NCBI GenBank assembly: GCA_964016885.1
Contig: OZ024749.1
Location: 11,718,001-11,782,000 of the forward strand
Length of the DNA stretch: 64,000 nt
Origin: Eledone cirrhosa
Taxonomy: Eukaryota
Direction: 5' to 3'
Position numbers and translations under genes: made by a program. The notes under the pieces were generated by a model. It did no database searches, was not told the origin of the DNA, and was given only the letters and a program-made list of their open reading frames with translations. Shown in pieces: positions 1 to 13,752 of the stretch (its first letter is position 1; every line of letters starts with the position of its first letter).

Positions 1-840
1 GTATCAGGGTGGTCTGTAGAAGGGGTGACTGGGTGGTATGGTGGTCTGTAGAATGGGTGGTCTGGTGATCTGTAGAAGGGGTGGCTGGGTGGTCTGGTGG
101 TCTGTAGAATTGGTGGCTGAGTGGTCTGGTGGTCTGTAGAAGGGGTGGTCTGGTGGTCTGTAGAAGGGGTGGTCTGGTGGTCTGTAGAAGGGGTGGCTGA
201 GTGGTCTGGTGGTCTGTAGAAGGGGTGGTCTGGTGGTCTGTAGAAGGGGTGGTCTGGTGGTCTGTAGAAGGGGTGGCTTAGTGGTCTGGTGGTCTGGTGG
301 TCTGTAGAAGGGGTGGCTGAGTGGTCCGGTGGTCTGTAGAAGGGGTGGTCTGGTGGTCTGTAGAAGGGGTGGCTGGGTGGTCTGGTGGTCTGTTGAAGGG
401 GTGGCTGGGTGGTCTGTAGAAGGAGTGACTGGGTGGTCTGTAGAAGGGGTGGCTGAGTGGTCCGGTGGTCTGTAGAAGAGGTGGCTGGGTGGTCTGGTGG
501 TCTGTAGAAGGGGTGGTCTGGTGGTCTGTAGAAGGGGTGGTCTGGTGGTCTGTAGAAGGGGTGGCTTGGTGGTCTGTAGAAGGGTGGTCTGGTGGTCTGT
601 AGAAGGGGTGGCTTGGTGGTCTGTAGAAGGGGTGGTCTGGTGGTCTGTAGAAGGGGTGGCTTGGTGGTCTGTAGAAGGGGTGGCTGAGTGGTCTGGTGGT
701 CTGTAGAAGGGGTGGCTTGGTGGTCTGTAGAAGGGGTGGCTGAGTGGTCTGGTGGTCTGGTGGTCTGGTGGTCTGTAGAAGGGGTGGCTTGGTGGTCTGT
801 AGAAGGGATGGCTGAGTGGTCTGGTGGTCTGGTGGTCTGT
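1..840. repeat. G-rich minisatellite of ggtggtct(g) 9-mers and ggtggtctgtagaagggg(tggct) units, truncated by window start
   Basis: Directly visible tandem units; ORF 4..891 is only their translation. Confidence 0.95.
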
Positions 841-921
841 TTTGACAGATATTAGAAATGGCAATAAATTAAAAAAAAATTTAGAACTCATATTTTAAGA
901 AAGAAAACTGTTTAACTTTTC

Positions 922-1570
922 ATGACCATCTAATGACCATCTTATGACCATACTTCTAATGACCATCCAATGACCATCTAATGACCATCTTATGACTATC
1001 TAATGACCATACTTCTAATGATCATCTAATGACCCTCTAAGGGCCATACTGCTAATGGCCATCTAATGACCATATTTCTTATAACCAACTAATGGCCATC
1101 TAATGACTATTTAATGATCATAGTTCTAATGACCATTTAATGATCATATTTCTAATGACCATCTTATGATGATGTAATGACCACCTAATGACCACCTAAT
1201 GATCATCTTATGACCATACATCTAATGACCACCTAATAACCATCCAATGACCAACTAATGACCATCCAATGACCATCCAATGACCATCCAATGACCATCC
1301 AATGACTATCTAATGACCATCTAATGACCATCTAATGACCATCAAATGACCATCTAATGGCCATCTAATGGCCATCTAATGGCCATCTAATGACCATACT
1401 TCTAATAACCATCTAATGACCATCTAATGGCCATCTAATGACCATACATCTAATGACCATCAAATGACCATCTAATGGCCATCTAATGGCCATCTAATGG
1501 CCATCTAATGACCATCTAATGGCCATCTAATGGCCATCTAATGACCATACTTCTAATAACCATCTAATGA
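922..1570. repeat. Degenerate 11-bp minisatellite (aatgaccatct)n
   Basis: Directly visible tandem units. Confidence 0.95.
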
Positions 1571-2231
1571 CATACACTGTATTTTACTTAATTAATGAAG
1601 AATCTTGAGAGATTTCCTCTAATTCTTAATAGTTTTGGCTTGATTGCTACGAAAAGGGTTAATTGAAACTGAGGGTGACCAATATAGAAATTTGTAGAAC
1701 CAAGAACAGTTTCAGGGGTTTGGTATTAAAGGTGTTAAATAATTTGAATGCAGTTTATTTTATTAAAAATAAAGTCTTGAAAGGGAGAAGAGAAAAAGAA
1801 GTTTATCATTGATGAGTATATTGATAATAGAATATAAAATCAATAGATTTGCTAACAGCTGCCAGTTTATTGATATCCTGAATGTTACAGGGTAGAGTAT
1901 TAAGTAATAATGAAACAAATGTATTGATTCAGAAACATAGGGTGGCCACAGCAGGGCTGTATGGGTAACATGTTTGTTTTGTTCTTATAAGGTGCTGTGT
2001 TCAATCCCATCTGGATCATGTTTTGTTTACCATAGCATTGGGTCAACCCATACCTTGTCAGGAAAATTGGGCAGACAGAAACTGTTTTGAAGCCCAGCAG
2101 ATGAACTGTAGTAACTGTAAATGAAAGAGCTCACATTTGTCACACATACTGAATCTCCCTGAGAATTACTTTAAGGGTACACATGTCTACAGAATGCTTA
2201 GTCACATTTTGATACAAGATAGGCTATATGA

Positions 2232-2356
2232 AGGCACGTGGCTGATGGCTGAGTGGTTAGAGAATTGGATTTACAATTGTGAGGTTGTGAGTTCAATTCC
2301 CGGATTGGGCGATGCGTTATATCCTTGAGCAAGACACTTCATTTCACATTGCTCCT
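2232..2356 (+). mobile_element. tRNA-derived SINE 5' fragment
   Basis: A-box-like tggctgagtggttag and B-box-like gagttcaattccc, then tccttgagcaagacacttcatttcacattgctcc, which matches the minus-strand SINE heads at ~21670-21790 and ~28290-28415. Confidence 0.75.
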
Positions 2357-2744
2357 TCTACCTGGAGTTGCGACCGATAGATCATATTAGCAATTGGAAA
2401 GACCAATGGAAACACTGTTTCCTCAGTCCTATTTGACAAAAAAGTTGATTGACTGTCGATAGACTATATCTACAGTTCAAAGGTCCAACTTTGTGATGCT
2501 GAATCTCCCTGAGATTTACATTAAGATTATATGTGTTGCAGAATGCTTACCCACTTACACTATATTACATCTGTAATTCAAAAGGCCAGCCTTATCACAC
2601 ACTGTGCAATGCTTACTGAATCTCCCTGAGAATTACATTTACGGGGACATGTATGTGTGTGGGTTTCAGCATGTTCACCCACTATAAGATGGACTGCTTT
2701 TTAAATATCCTCTGTTTCTCTGCTATTTTTCACTTTTTTTACAG

Positions 2745-2975
2745 AACCAATACTGGAATGTGCCAATGTTATATGTTGTCATGTTTCAAAAGCAATGACA
2801 TTATTGAATGTTGTACCAGAAGCCATAACAAGTGGACTTGAACTAATTTTAACATGGGATCCATTTGACAAAATGACGTTTGTAAAACCTTCACAAATTG
2901 AATATTTACAACAGGAAGAAAATCTTGTTTTGCGACAGGATGTTGGCTTAACATCTGAATGTCAATATACCTCTG
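2745..2975 (+). CDS. SHOC1: SHOC1-like gene, visible exon 1 ([45 protein letters not shown]...QYTS)
   Basis: Polypyrimidine tttttttacag acceptor, G|gtacta donor, 231 nt open frame, phase 1-1 joins next exon; membership rests on phase continuity, not a recognised motif. Confidence 0.7.
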
Positions 2976-3587
2976 GTACTATATTATTTTCCTTTTCAAT
3001 ATTTATGTCATCATCATCATTATCATCAACATCATTTTACATCTACTTTTCTATGGGTTAGATGGGCCTTTTCCAGCCCAGCTTCCCTCCACTCACAGAG
3101 TTCCTTTGTTATCTCCTTGATGAACTTCAGTGTTTTCAAATCAGCTCTAACCACCTCTGCCCAGGCCTTTCTATATAAATAAACTAAATGTATTCAGTTT
3201 AGAATAGGTACACTATCCCTGTGTGTCATAATAGGCAACTTAAAGGGTTGTCATTAGGAAGGGCATCCAACAATAAACCATTACCTCAAAAAGGGCCCCA
3301 TGATAGGTATGAAACTTGTCATGGGGTCTGCAAAGCTGGCCCCTGCATAAACAAGTACAAATGACCTTAAAATGCCTTGTTATTCATGCCAGTACAGACT
3401 GCATACACCTTACTTTTCCACTCCTCAGGTCACTTGTATTATTTTAATTTGGCAGGGTTCACCATTTTTTGGAAGCCAGGTACAATATGAAAGGAAAGCA
3501 ATATTAGTTTACATCATAGCTTTCAAAATAGTATATTATTTTTTGTTTAAACAGAGGTGCCAAATTAAAATCAGCACCTTGTGTGAT

Positions 3588-3618
<31 letters not shown>

Positions 3619-3799
3619 ATAAATATATATATAAAAATATATATATGTATGTATGTATGTATATATATCGCACTCACTGACTGTTTTTCATGCTATTTTT
3701 AACTTATTTATGTTTTCTGAATTCTACGGCATAGTGAATTCGATAGTTGAATTCCACTATTATAGGCTTTCTGATGATGTGTAATAAATAATTAAGTAT

Positions 3800-4932
3800 T
3801 GCATATGATTGAACAATATATATTGTAGTCAGCATATGTAGACACTGTATAATAGACACAGAAACATATGATTGAACAATATATATTGTAGTCAGCGTAT
3901 GTAGACACTGTATAATAGACACAGAAACATATGATTGAACAATATATGTTGTAGTCAGCATATGTAGACACTGTATAATAGACACAGAAACATGATTGAA
4001 CAATATATGTTGTAGTCAGCATATGTAGACACTGTATAATAGACACAGAAACATATGATTGAACAATATATATTGTAGTCAGCGTATGTAGACACTGTAT
4101 AATAGACACAGAAACATATGATTGAACAATATATATTGTAGTCAGCGTATGTAGACACTGTATAATAGACACAGAAACATATGATTGAACAATATATGTT
4201 GTAGTCAGCATATCTAGACACTGTATAATAGACACAGAAACATATGATTGAACAATATATGTTGTAGTCAGCATATGTAGACACTGTATAATAGACACAG
4301 AAACATATGATTGAACAATATATGTTGTAGTCAGCATATGTAGACACTGTATAATAGACACAGAAACATATGATTGAACAATATATGTTGTAGTCAGCAT
4401 ATGTAGACACTGTATAATAGACACAGAAACATATGATTGAACAATATATGTTGTAGTCAGCATATGTAGACACTGTATAATAGACACAGAAACATATGAT
4501 TGAACAATATATGTTGTAGTCAGCATATGTAGACACTGTATAATAGACACAGAAACATATGATTGAACAATATATGTTGTAGTCAGCATATGTAGACACT
4601 GTATAATAGACACAGAAACATATGATTGAACAATATATGTTGTAGTCAGCGTATGTAGACACTGTATAATAGACAGAAACATATGATTGAACAATATATA
4701 TTGTAGTCAGCGTATGTAGACACTGTATAATAGACAGAAACATATGATTGAACAATATATATTGTAGTCAGCGTATGTAGACACTGTATAATAGACACAG
4801 AAACATATGATTGAACAATATATATTGTAGTCAGCATATGTAGACACTGTATAATAGACACAGAAACATATGATTGAACAATATATATTGTAGTCAGCAT
4901 ATGTAGACACTGTATAATAGACACAGAAACAT
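3800..4932. repeat. 63-bp minisatellite, about 18 copies
   Basis: Unit catatgattgaacaatatatgttgtagtcagcatatgtagacactgtataatagacacagaaa; 21-aa periodicity in ORF track. Confidence 0.97.
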
Positions 4933-5579
4933 GTCAAAGCAAATAAATTCATAATCTCTTCACGCCGACATTTTATTTTTCTTGGTGCAATACTGGCTTA
5001 TATTAATATATATATATAAGGAATTGGTAGTTTACTTGAAGCATTGTATATGGTATAATGTATTTGAAGTTTGAAAGCCATGACAATATAGGTTTGGATG
5101 GCAAATAATTAAATTGTAAGAAACAAGGGTTGTTTTTTTACCTTAATTTATCATATGTCCTGATATTTTGAGATTAATATCTCTTCTTCCGAGGAATATA
5201 AAGGAACTATTCCAAAATTCAATGTGGCTTGCTATACCATGCTGGGCAAAAGTGGTTTTATTATTATTATTTTTTTTTTTTCCTAATCTCTTTTGTTTTT
5301 AAATTAAGGTCTGGACAGGTCAGCGGGGCACAGAGTTGTTTCCCTTTAAATCTGCTTAGACGTATATATATTAACATGCGGTGCCACACACGTGCATGCA
5401 TACATGTGTGTGTGTAAGCACGCATGCAAATACCCAAACACACATGGGTAGTATCATGTAAACACATGAATGGATATACACGATTTCTGCCGCATGGATA
5501 ATGTGCTTGTAAGCGAGCCTGTGAGTGCCTTTATTTGTAGAGTCCAGTAGCTTTCTAAGCTCGGTGTTGTGTGCCTACT

Positions 5580-6160
5580 TCTATGTTAGGTATTGTGTCC
5601 TTAGTTCTAGTCTATTATTGATTTGCGGGTGTGTTCTGGCTATGATTAATGCTTCCTTAATTCTGAGATTGCCGAAGTTTCTTTCTTTTGTTTCAACCTT
5701 AACTGTTATTTTTTGGGTGGTGATTTTGCCTTTTTCTAAGTGTTTCTTGAATGAGGAAGTGTTAGTGTTAATGTCTTCCTTAATACTGGTGTGTAGGTGT
5801 CTGGTGGTGCTACCTGTATAGAAGTTGTCGCATTATCGATGGGCCAGTTGGCCAGTATGCAGCGTCTATTGAGTTCTGTAGGTCATCTAGATAGATGTCC
5901 ACGTAGTGAGGGCCCTGAGTGAGCTAGTTGTAAGTCTAATCCATCTCTTTGGATGGCTCTGTGAATGGCTGTTGTGTCATCGCTGAAATGTAGGAGCTTC
6001 AGGAAGCAGGTTGTTTGTGGAGTTCATGCTTCAAATGCAGTGTTTCCTATTTCTAACGCAGTTCACGGTGGATGTCGGGTAACCATTTAGCTTAAGCACT
6101 TCCAAGAAGCGTGTTGTGTGCATGTCTCGGTCTCCTGTGGCGCTGCATTTATTCTGAATA
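5580..6160 (-). mobile_element. Penelope-like element 3' fragment (RT thumb, linker, GIY-YIG endonuclease), degraded
   Basis: Minus-strand translation gives LKLNGYP, CDNFYTGSTTRHLHTSIKE and NLRIKEALIIARTHPQINNRLE, typical PLE thumb and GIY-YIG motifs. Confidence 0.85.
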
Positions 6161-6163
6161 TGT

Positions 6164-6290
6164 ATAAGGTTCAGCATGGAACACCCTGTTGACACTGGAT
6201 CCCTCTTCCTGTTACACTTTCAACTCAGGGTAACGGAAGAAGGTGGCATCCACACCAGCTTTTACAGAAAAGCCACCAGCAGGAACTGGG
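6164..6290 (+). mobile_element. Inverted Penelope-like RT C-terminal fragment
   Basis: + translation IRFSMEHPVDTGSLFLLHFQLRVTEEGGIHTSFYRKATSRN resembles the PLE FTxE..L.FLD...YRKPT motif. Confidence 0.75.
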
Positions 6291-6835
6291 TCACCATTTT
6301 ATAGATAGGATGAGGGGTTAAATATTATCTATATCCTTTTACAATTGCATGTTATCAGTCTTCGAAGGATCTTATTTATAAGCGATATTATTGAAATACC
6401 TTAATCGAAGAGTTGGTAGCTTCTCATTGGTAGTAAACGTTTCTTACTTCTAGGATATAGATATATAGCTATTTAACACTCAGTCCTCTATAAATATAAT
6501 TTTATTTGTCGAAAAGGAATATAGGAGTCATTTTACAATAAATCTTCGCACGTCCGTATCATCTCCTGGTCAGGTCGGTCTGGCTGGTCTCTCAAGTGCT
6601 GTCTGAGGTTTTTTACCAGAGAGCGAGAGTAAGATTGACCATGTATTCATACGCAACTTCCCATTGGTCAGTTTGACCTAATTGTGTATGAAAATGTTGC
6701 TATTGCGAAGTGCGATGTAGTTCCACTACAGTTTAAATGTTTACTTTTAAGCATATATTTAATAAGTAACTCCTGTAAATATGTATTTCATTTTTATCTT
6801 TGTCTACACTTGTTTAATGAAATCATTCAAATCAG

Positions 6836-6934
6836 GAACAAATGAAACAGATTTTATATTGGAAGCCTCAGAACTTCACAGACAAAAGTATTTACCTCCA
6901 AACTATTTGAAAAAAATTCAAGAACAACCTAAAG
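6836..6934 (+). CDS. SHOC1: SHOC1-like visible exon 2 ([33 protein letters not shown])
   Basis: atcag acceptor, AAG|gtaatc donor, 99 nt, phase 1-1, open. Confidence 0.75.
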
Positions 6935-7080
6935 GTAATCTTATTATTATCATGTTATGCCTGTTTTTCTATGATTCTAAGCTCAATAAATTGTCTTTTT
7001 TCACATTTGTTATTTTTTAATTTTATCTATATTCTTCTTCTGTTTTTGTTTTCTATTGAAAAATATATTTTTACTTTCAG

Positions 7081-7170
7081 TTAATGCACATATCAGAGAC
7101 AGGTTTGGAACAAATCCTTTGGAAAACTTCCTTCTGATGAGATATAACTGTAAAAATGTCCAAGAGGAAA
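7081..7170 (+). CDS. SHOC1: SHOC1-like visible exon 3 ([30 protein letters not shown])
   Basis: tttttactttcag acceptor, gttagt donor, 90 nt, phase 1-1; PLENFLLMR resembles the LxNFxxLR motif I recall in SHOC1. Confidence 0.8.
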
Positions 7171-7370
7171 GTTAGTTGAATATATACTGCTTAACTGCTT
7201 TGAAATTAAACTGTCTGAAACTATTCCTGTTTCTACCATACAAAATTGGTTTATTATAAAATGTTTATGTTTATCTAAAACTCTTCCATTCTAATTTTAT
7301 GTAATAACTTTTGTTAAATTATCTTCTAAGCACCAAGCTAATAAGAGAGAGAAAGTTAGTTCAATATTTA

Positions 7371-10300
7371 CTGTCCCCCAGTTTATACCCTGTCCTACAG
7401 ATCTATTGATACTCTCCCCCAGTTTATACCCTGTCCTACAGATCTATTGATACTGTCCCCCAGTTTATACCCTGTCCTACAGCTCTATTGATACTGTACC
7501 CCAGTTTATACCCTGTCCTACAGATCTATTGATGCTGTCCCCCAGTTTATAACCTGTGCTACAGATCTATTGATACTGTACCCCAGTTTATACCCTGTCC
7601 TACAGATCTATTGATACTGTCCCCCAGTTTATACCCTGTCCTACAGATCTATTGATACTGTCCCCCAGTTTATACCCTGTCCTACAGATCTATTGATACT
7701 GTCCCCCAGTTTATACCCTGTCCTACAGATCTATTGATACTGTCCCCCAGTTTATACCCTGTCCTACAGATCTATTGATACTGTCCCCCAGTTTATACCC
7801 TGTCCTACAGATCTATTGATGTTGTCCCTCAGTTTATACCCCTGTCCTACAGATCTATTGATACTGTCCCCCAGTTTATACCCTGTGCTACAGATCTATT
7901 GATACTGTCCCCCAGTTTATACCCTGTCCTACAGATCTATTGATACTGTCCCCCAGTTTATACCCTGTCCTACAGATCTATTGATACTGTCCCCCAGTTT
8001 ATACCCTATCCTTCAGATCTATTGATACTGTCCCCCAGTTTATACCCTGTCCTACAGATCTATTGATGTTGTCCCTCAGTTTATACCCCTGTCCTACAGA
8101 TCTATTGATACTGTCCCCCAGTTTATACCCTGTGCTACAGATCTATTGATACTGTCCCCCAGTTTATACCCTGTCCTACAGATCTATTGATACTGTCCCC
8201 CAGTTTATACCCTGTCCTTCAGATCTATTGATACTGTCCCCCAGTTTATACCCTGTCCTACAGATCTATTGATGCTGTCCCCCAGTTTATACCCTGTCCT
8301 ACAGATCTATTGATACTGTCCCCCAGATTATACCCTGTGTTACAGATCTATTGATACTGTCCCCCAGTTTATACCCTGTCCTACAGATCTATTGATACTG
8401 TCCCCCAGTTTATACCCTGTCCTTCAGATCTATTGATACTGTCCCCCAGTTTATACCCTGTCCTACATATCTATTGATACTGTCCCCCAGTTTATACCCT
8501 GTCCTACAGATTTATTGATACTGTCCCCCAGATTATACCCTGTGCTACAGATCTATTGATACTGTCCCCCAGTTTATACCCTGTCCTACAGATCTATTGA
8601 TACTGTCCCCCAGTTTATACCCTATCCTTCAGATCTATTGATACTGTCCCCCAGTTTATACCCTGTCCTACAGATCTATTGATGTTGTCCCTCAGTTTAT
8701 ACCCCTGTCCTACAGATCTATTGATACTGTCCCCCAGTTTATACCCTGTGCTACAGATCTATTGATACTGTCCCCCAGTTTATACCCTGTCCTACAGATC
8801 TATTGATACTGTCCCCCAGTTTATACCCTGTCCTTCAGATCTATTGATACTGTCCCCCAGTTTATACCCTGTCCTACAGATCTATTGATACTGTCCCCCA
8901 GTTTATACCCTGTCCTACAGATCTATTGATACTGTCCCCCAGTTTATACCCTGTTCTACAGATCTATTGATGCTGTCCCCCAGTTTATACCCTGTGCTAC
9001 AGATCTATTGATACTGTCCCCAAGTTTATACCCTGTCCTACAGATCTATTGATACTGTCCCCCAGTTTATACCCTGTCCTACAGATCTATTGATACTGTC
9101 CCCCAGTTTATACCCTGTCCTACAGATCTATTGATGTTGTCCCTCAGTTTATACCCCTGTCCTACAGATCTATTGATACTGTCCCCCAGTTTATACCCTG
9201 TGCTACAGATCTATTGATACTGTCCCCCAGTTTATACCCTGTCCTACAGATCTATTGATACTGTCCCCCAGTTTATACCCTGTCCTACAGATCTATTGAT
9301 ACTGTCCCCCAGTTTATACCCTATCCTTCAGATCTATTGATACTGTCCCCCAGTTTATACCCTGTCCTTCAGATCTATTGATACTGTCCCCCAGTTTATA
9401 CCCTGTCCTACAGATCTATTGATGCTGTCCCCCAGTTTATACCCTGTCCTACAGATCTATTGATACTGTCCCCCAGATTATACCCTGTGTTACAGATCTA
9501 TTGATACTGTCCCCCAGTTTATACCCTGTCCTACAGATCTATTGATACTGTCCCCCAGTTTATACCCTGTCCTTCAGATCTATTGATACTGTCCCCCAGT
9601 TTATACCCTGTCCTACAGATCTATTGATACTGTCCCCCAGTTTATACCCTGTCCTACAGATTTATTGATACTGTCCCCCAGATTATACCCTGTGCTACAG
9701 ATCTATTGATACTGTCCCCCAGTTTATACCCTGTCCTACAGATCTATTGATACTGTCCCCCAGTTTATACCCTATCCTTCAGATCTATTGATACTGTCCC
9801 CCAGTTTATACCCTGTCCTACAGATCTATTGATGTTGTCCCTCAGTTTATACCCCTGTCCTACAGATCTATTGATACTGTCCCCCAGTTTATACCCTGTG
9901 CTACAGATCTATTGATACTGTCCCCCAGTTTATACCCTGTCCTACAGATCTATTGATACTGTCCCCCAGTTTATACCCTGTCCTTCAGATCTATTGATAC
10001 TGTCCCCCAGTTTATACCCTGTCCTACAGATCTATTGATACTGTCCCCCAGTTTATACCCTGTCCTACAGATCTATTGATACTGTCCCCCAGTTTATACC
10101 CTGTTCTACAGATCTATTGATGCTGTCCCCCAGTTTATACCCTGTGCTACAGATCTATTGATGCTGTCCCCCAGTTTATACCCTGTCCTTCAGATCTATT
10201 GATACTGTCCCCCAGTTTATACCCTGTCCTACAGATCTATTGATGCTGTCCCCCAGTTTATACCCTGTCCTTCAGATCTATTGATACTGTCGCCCAGATT

Positions 10301-13300
10301 ATACCCTGTCCTACAGATCTATTGATGCTGTCCCCCAGTTTATACCCTGTCCTACACATCTATTGATGCTGTCCCCCAGTTTATACCCCTGTCCTACAGA
10401 TCTATTGATGTTGTCCCTCAGTTTATACCCCTGTCCTACAGATCTATTGATACTGTCCCCCAGTTTATACCCTGTCCTACAGATCTATTGATGCTGTCCC
10501 CCAGATTATACCCTGTTCTTCAGATCTATTGATACTGTCCCCCAGTTTATACCCTGTCCTACAGCTCTATTGATACTGTCCCCCAGATTATACCCTGTTC
10601 TTCAGATCTATTGATGCTGTCCCCCAGTTTATACCCGGTGCTACAGATCTATTGATGCTGTCCCCCAGTTTATACCCTGTCCTTCAGATCTATTGATACT
10701 GTCCCCCAGTTTATACCCTGTCCTACAGATCTATTGATGCTGTCCCCCAGTTTATACCCTGTCCTTCAGATCTATTGATACTGACTGTCGCCCAGATTAT
10801 ACCCTGTCCTACAGATCTATTGATGCTGTCCCCCAGTTTATACCCTGTCCTACACATCTATTGATGCTGTCCCCCAGTTTATACCCCTGTCCTACAGATC
10901 TATTGATGTTGTCCCTCAGTTTATACCCCTGTCCTACAGATCTATTGATACTGTCCCCCAGTTTATACCCTGTCCTACAGATCTATTGATACTGTCCCCC
11001 AGTTTATACCCTGTCCTACAGATCTATTGATACTGTCCCCCAGTTTATACCCTGTTCTACAGATCTATTGATGCTGTCCCCCAGTTTATACCCTGTGCTA
11101 CAGATCTATTGATACTGTCCCCAAGTTTATACCCTGTCCTACAGATCTATTGATACTGTCCCCCAGTTTATACCCTGTCCTACAGATCTATTGATACTGT
11201 CCCCCAGTTTATACCCTGTCCTACAGATCTATTGATGTTGTCCCTCAGTTTATACCCCTGTCCTACAGATCTATTGATACTGTCCCCCAGTTTATACCCT
11301 GTGCTACAGATCTATTGATACTGTCCCCCAGTTTATACCCTGTCCTACAGATCTATTGATACTGTCCCCCAGTTTATACCCTGTCCTACAGATCTATTGA
11401 TACTGTCCCCCAGTTTATACCCTATCCTTCAGATCTATTGATACTGTCCCCCAGTTTATACCCTGTCCTTCAGATCTATTGATACTGTCCCCCAGTTTAT
11501 ACCCTGTCCTACAGATCTATTGATGCTGTCCCCCAGTTTATACCCTGTCCTACAGATCTATTGATACTGTCCCCCAGATTATACCCTGTGTTACAGATCT
11601 ATTGATACTGTCCCCCAGTTTATACCCTGTCCTACAGATCTATTGATACTGTCCCCCAGTTTATACCCTGTCCTTCAGATCTATTGATACTGTCCCCCAG
11701 TTTATACCCTGTCCTACAGATCTATTGATACTGTCCCCCAGTTTATACCCTGTCCTACAGATTTATTGATACTGTCCCCCAGATTATACCCTGTGCTACA
11801 GATCTATTGATACTGTCCCCCAGTTTATACCCTGTCCTACAGATCTATTGATACTGTCCCCCAGTTTATACCCTATCCTTCAGATCTATTGATACTGTCC
11901 CCCAGTTTATACCCTGTCCTACAGATCTATTGATGTTGTCCCTCAGTTTATACCCCTGTCCTACAGATCTATTGATACTGTCCCCCAGTTTATACCCTGT
12001 GCTACAGATCTATTGATACTGTCCCCCAGTTTATACCCTGTCCTACAGATCTATTGATACTGTCCCCCAGTTTATACCCTGTCCTTCAGATCTATTGATA
12101 CTGTCCCCCAGTTTATACCCTGTCCTACAGATCTATTGATACTGTCCCCCAGTTTATACCCTGTCCTACAGATCTATTGATACTGTCCCCCAGTTTATAC
12201 CCTGTTCTACAGATCTATTGATGCTGTCCCCCAGTTTATACCCTGTGCTACAGATCTATTGATGCTGTCCCCCAGTTTATACCCTGTCCTTCAGATCTAT
12301 TGATACTGTCCCCCAGTTTATACCCTGTCCTACAGATCTATTGATGCTGTCCCCCAGTTTATACCCTGTCCTTCAGATCTATTGATACTGTCGCCCAGAT
12401 TATACCCTGTCCTACAGATCTATTGATGCTGTCCCCCAGTTTATACCCTGTCCTACACATCTATTGATGCTGTCCCCCAGTTTATACCCCTGTCCTACAG
12501 ATCTATTGATGTTGTCCCTCAGTTTATACCCCTGTCCTACAGATCTATTGATACTGTCCCCCAGTTTATACCCTGTCCTACAGATCTATTGATGCTGTCC
12601 CCCAGATTATACCCTGTTCTTCAGATCTATTGATACTGTCCCCCAGTTTATACCCTGTCCTACAGCTCTATTGATACTGTCCCCCAGATTATACCCTGTT
12701 CTTCAGATCTATTGATGCTGTCCCCCAGTTTATACCCGGTGCTACAGATCTATTGATGCTGTCCCCCAGTTTATACCCTGTCCTTCAGATCTATTGATAC
12801 TGTCCCCCAGTTTATACCCTGTCCTACAGATCTATTGATGCTGTCCCCCAGTTTATACCCTGTCCTTCAGATCTATTGATACTGACTGTCGCCCAGATTA
12901 TACCCTGTCCTACAGATCTATTGATGCTGTCCCCCAGTTTATACCCTGTCCTACACATCTATTGATGCTGTCCCCCAGTTTATACCCCTGTCCTACAGAT
13001 CTATTGATGTTGTCCCTCAGTTTATACCCCTGTCCTACAGATCTATTGATACTGTCCCCCAGTTTATACCCTGTCCTACAGATCTATTGATGCTGTCCCC
13101 CAGATTATACCCTGTTCTTCAGATCTATTGATACTGTCCCCCAGTTTATACCCTGTCCTACAGCTCTATTGATACTGTCCCCCAGATTATACCCTGTTCT
13201 TCAGATCTATTGATGATGTCCCCCAGTTTATACCCTGTCCTACAGATCTATTGATACTGTCCCCCAGTTTATACCCCTGTCCTACAGATCTATTGATGTT

Positions 13301-13641
13301 GTCCCTCAGTTTATACCCCTGTCCTACAGATATATTGATACTGTCCCCCAGTTTATACCCTGTCCTACAGATCTATTGATGCTGTCCCCCAGTTTATACC
13401 CTGTCCTACAGATCTATTGATGTTGTCCCTCAGTTTATACCCCTGTCCTACACATCTATTGATACTGTCCCCCAGTTTATACCCTGTCCTACAGATCTAT
13501 TGATGCTGTCCCCCAGATTATACCCTGTCCTTCAGATCTATTGTACTGTCCCCCAGTTTATACCCTGTCCTACACATCTATTGATACTGTCCCCCAGTTT
13601 ATACCCTGTCCTACAGATCTATTGATACTGTCCCCCAGTTT
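7371..13641. repeat. 41-bp satellite, about 150 copies, with internal ~2.1 kb higher-order duplication
   Basis: Unit ctgtcccccagtttataccctgtcctacagatctattgata; rare variants recur at 2101-bp spacing. Confidence 0.98.
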
Positions 13642-13752
13642 AAATAAGAGGTTTTGCAATATTTACTGCTATCAAAATACTCTAAAATATACATTGACTC
13701 AGATATTTTAGCTGATATTATTCAAAAACACCAATCAATAAAGAAAATATTG

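Noticed and set aside
4-891. 295-aa Pro/Thr-rich mucin-like ORF
   Set aside because: Antisense translation of a minisatellite that switches among repeat frames
3704-4952. Long repetitive ORFs
   Set aside because: Stop-free frames of the 63-bp unit
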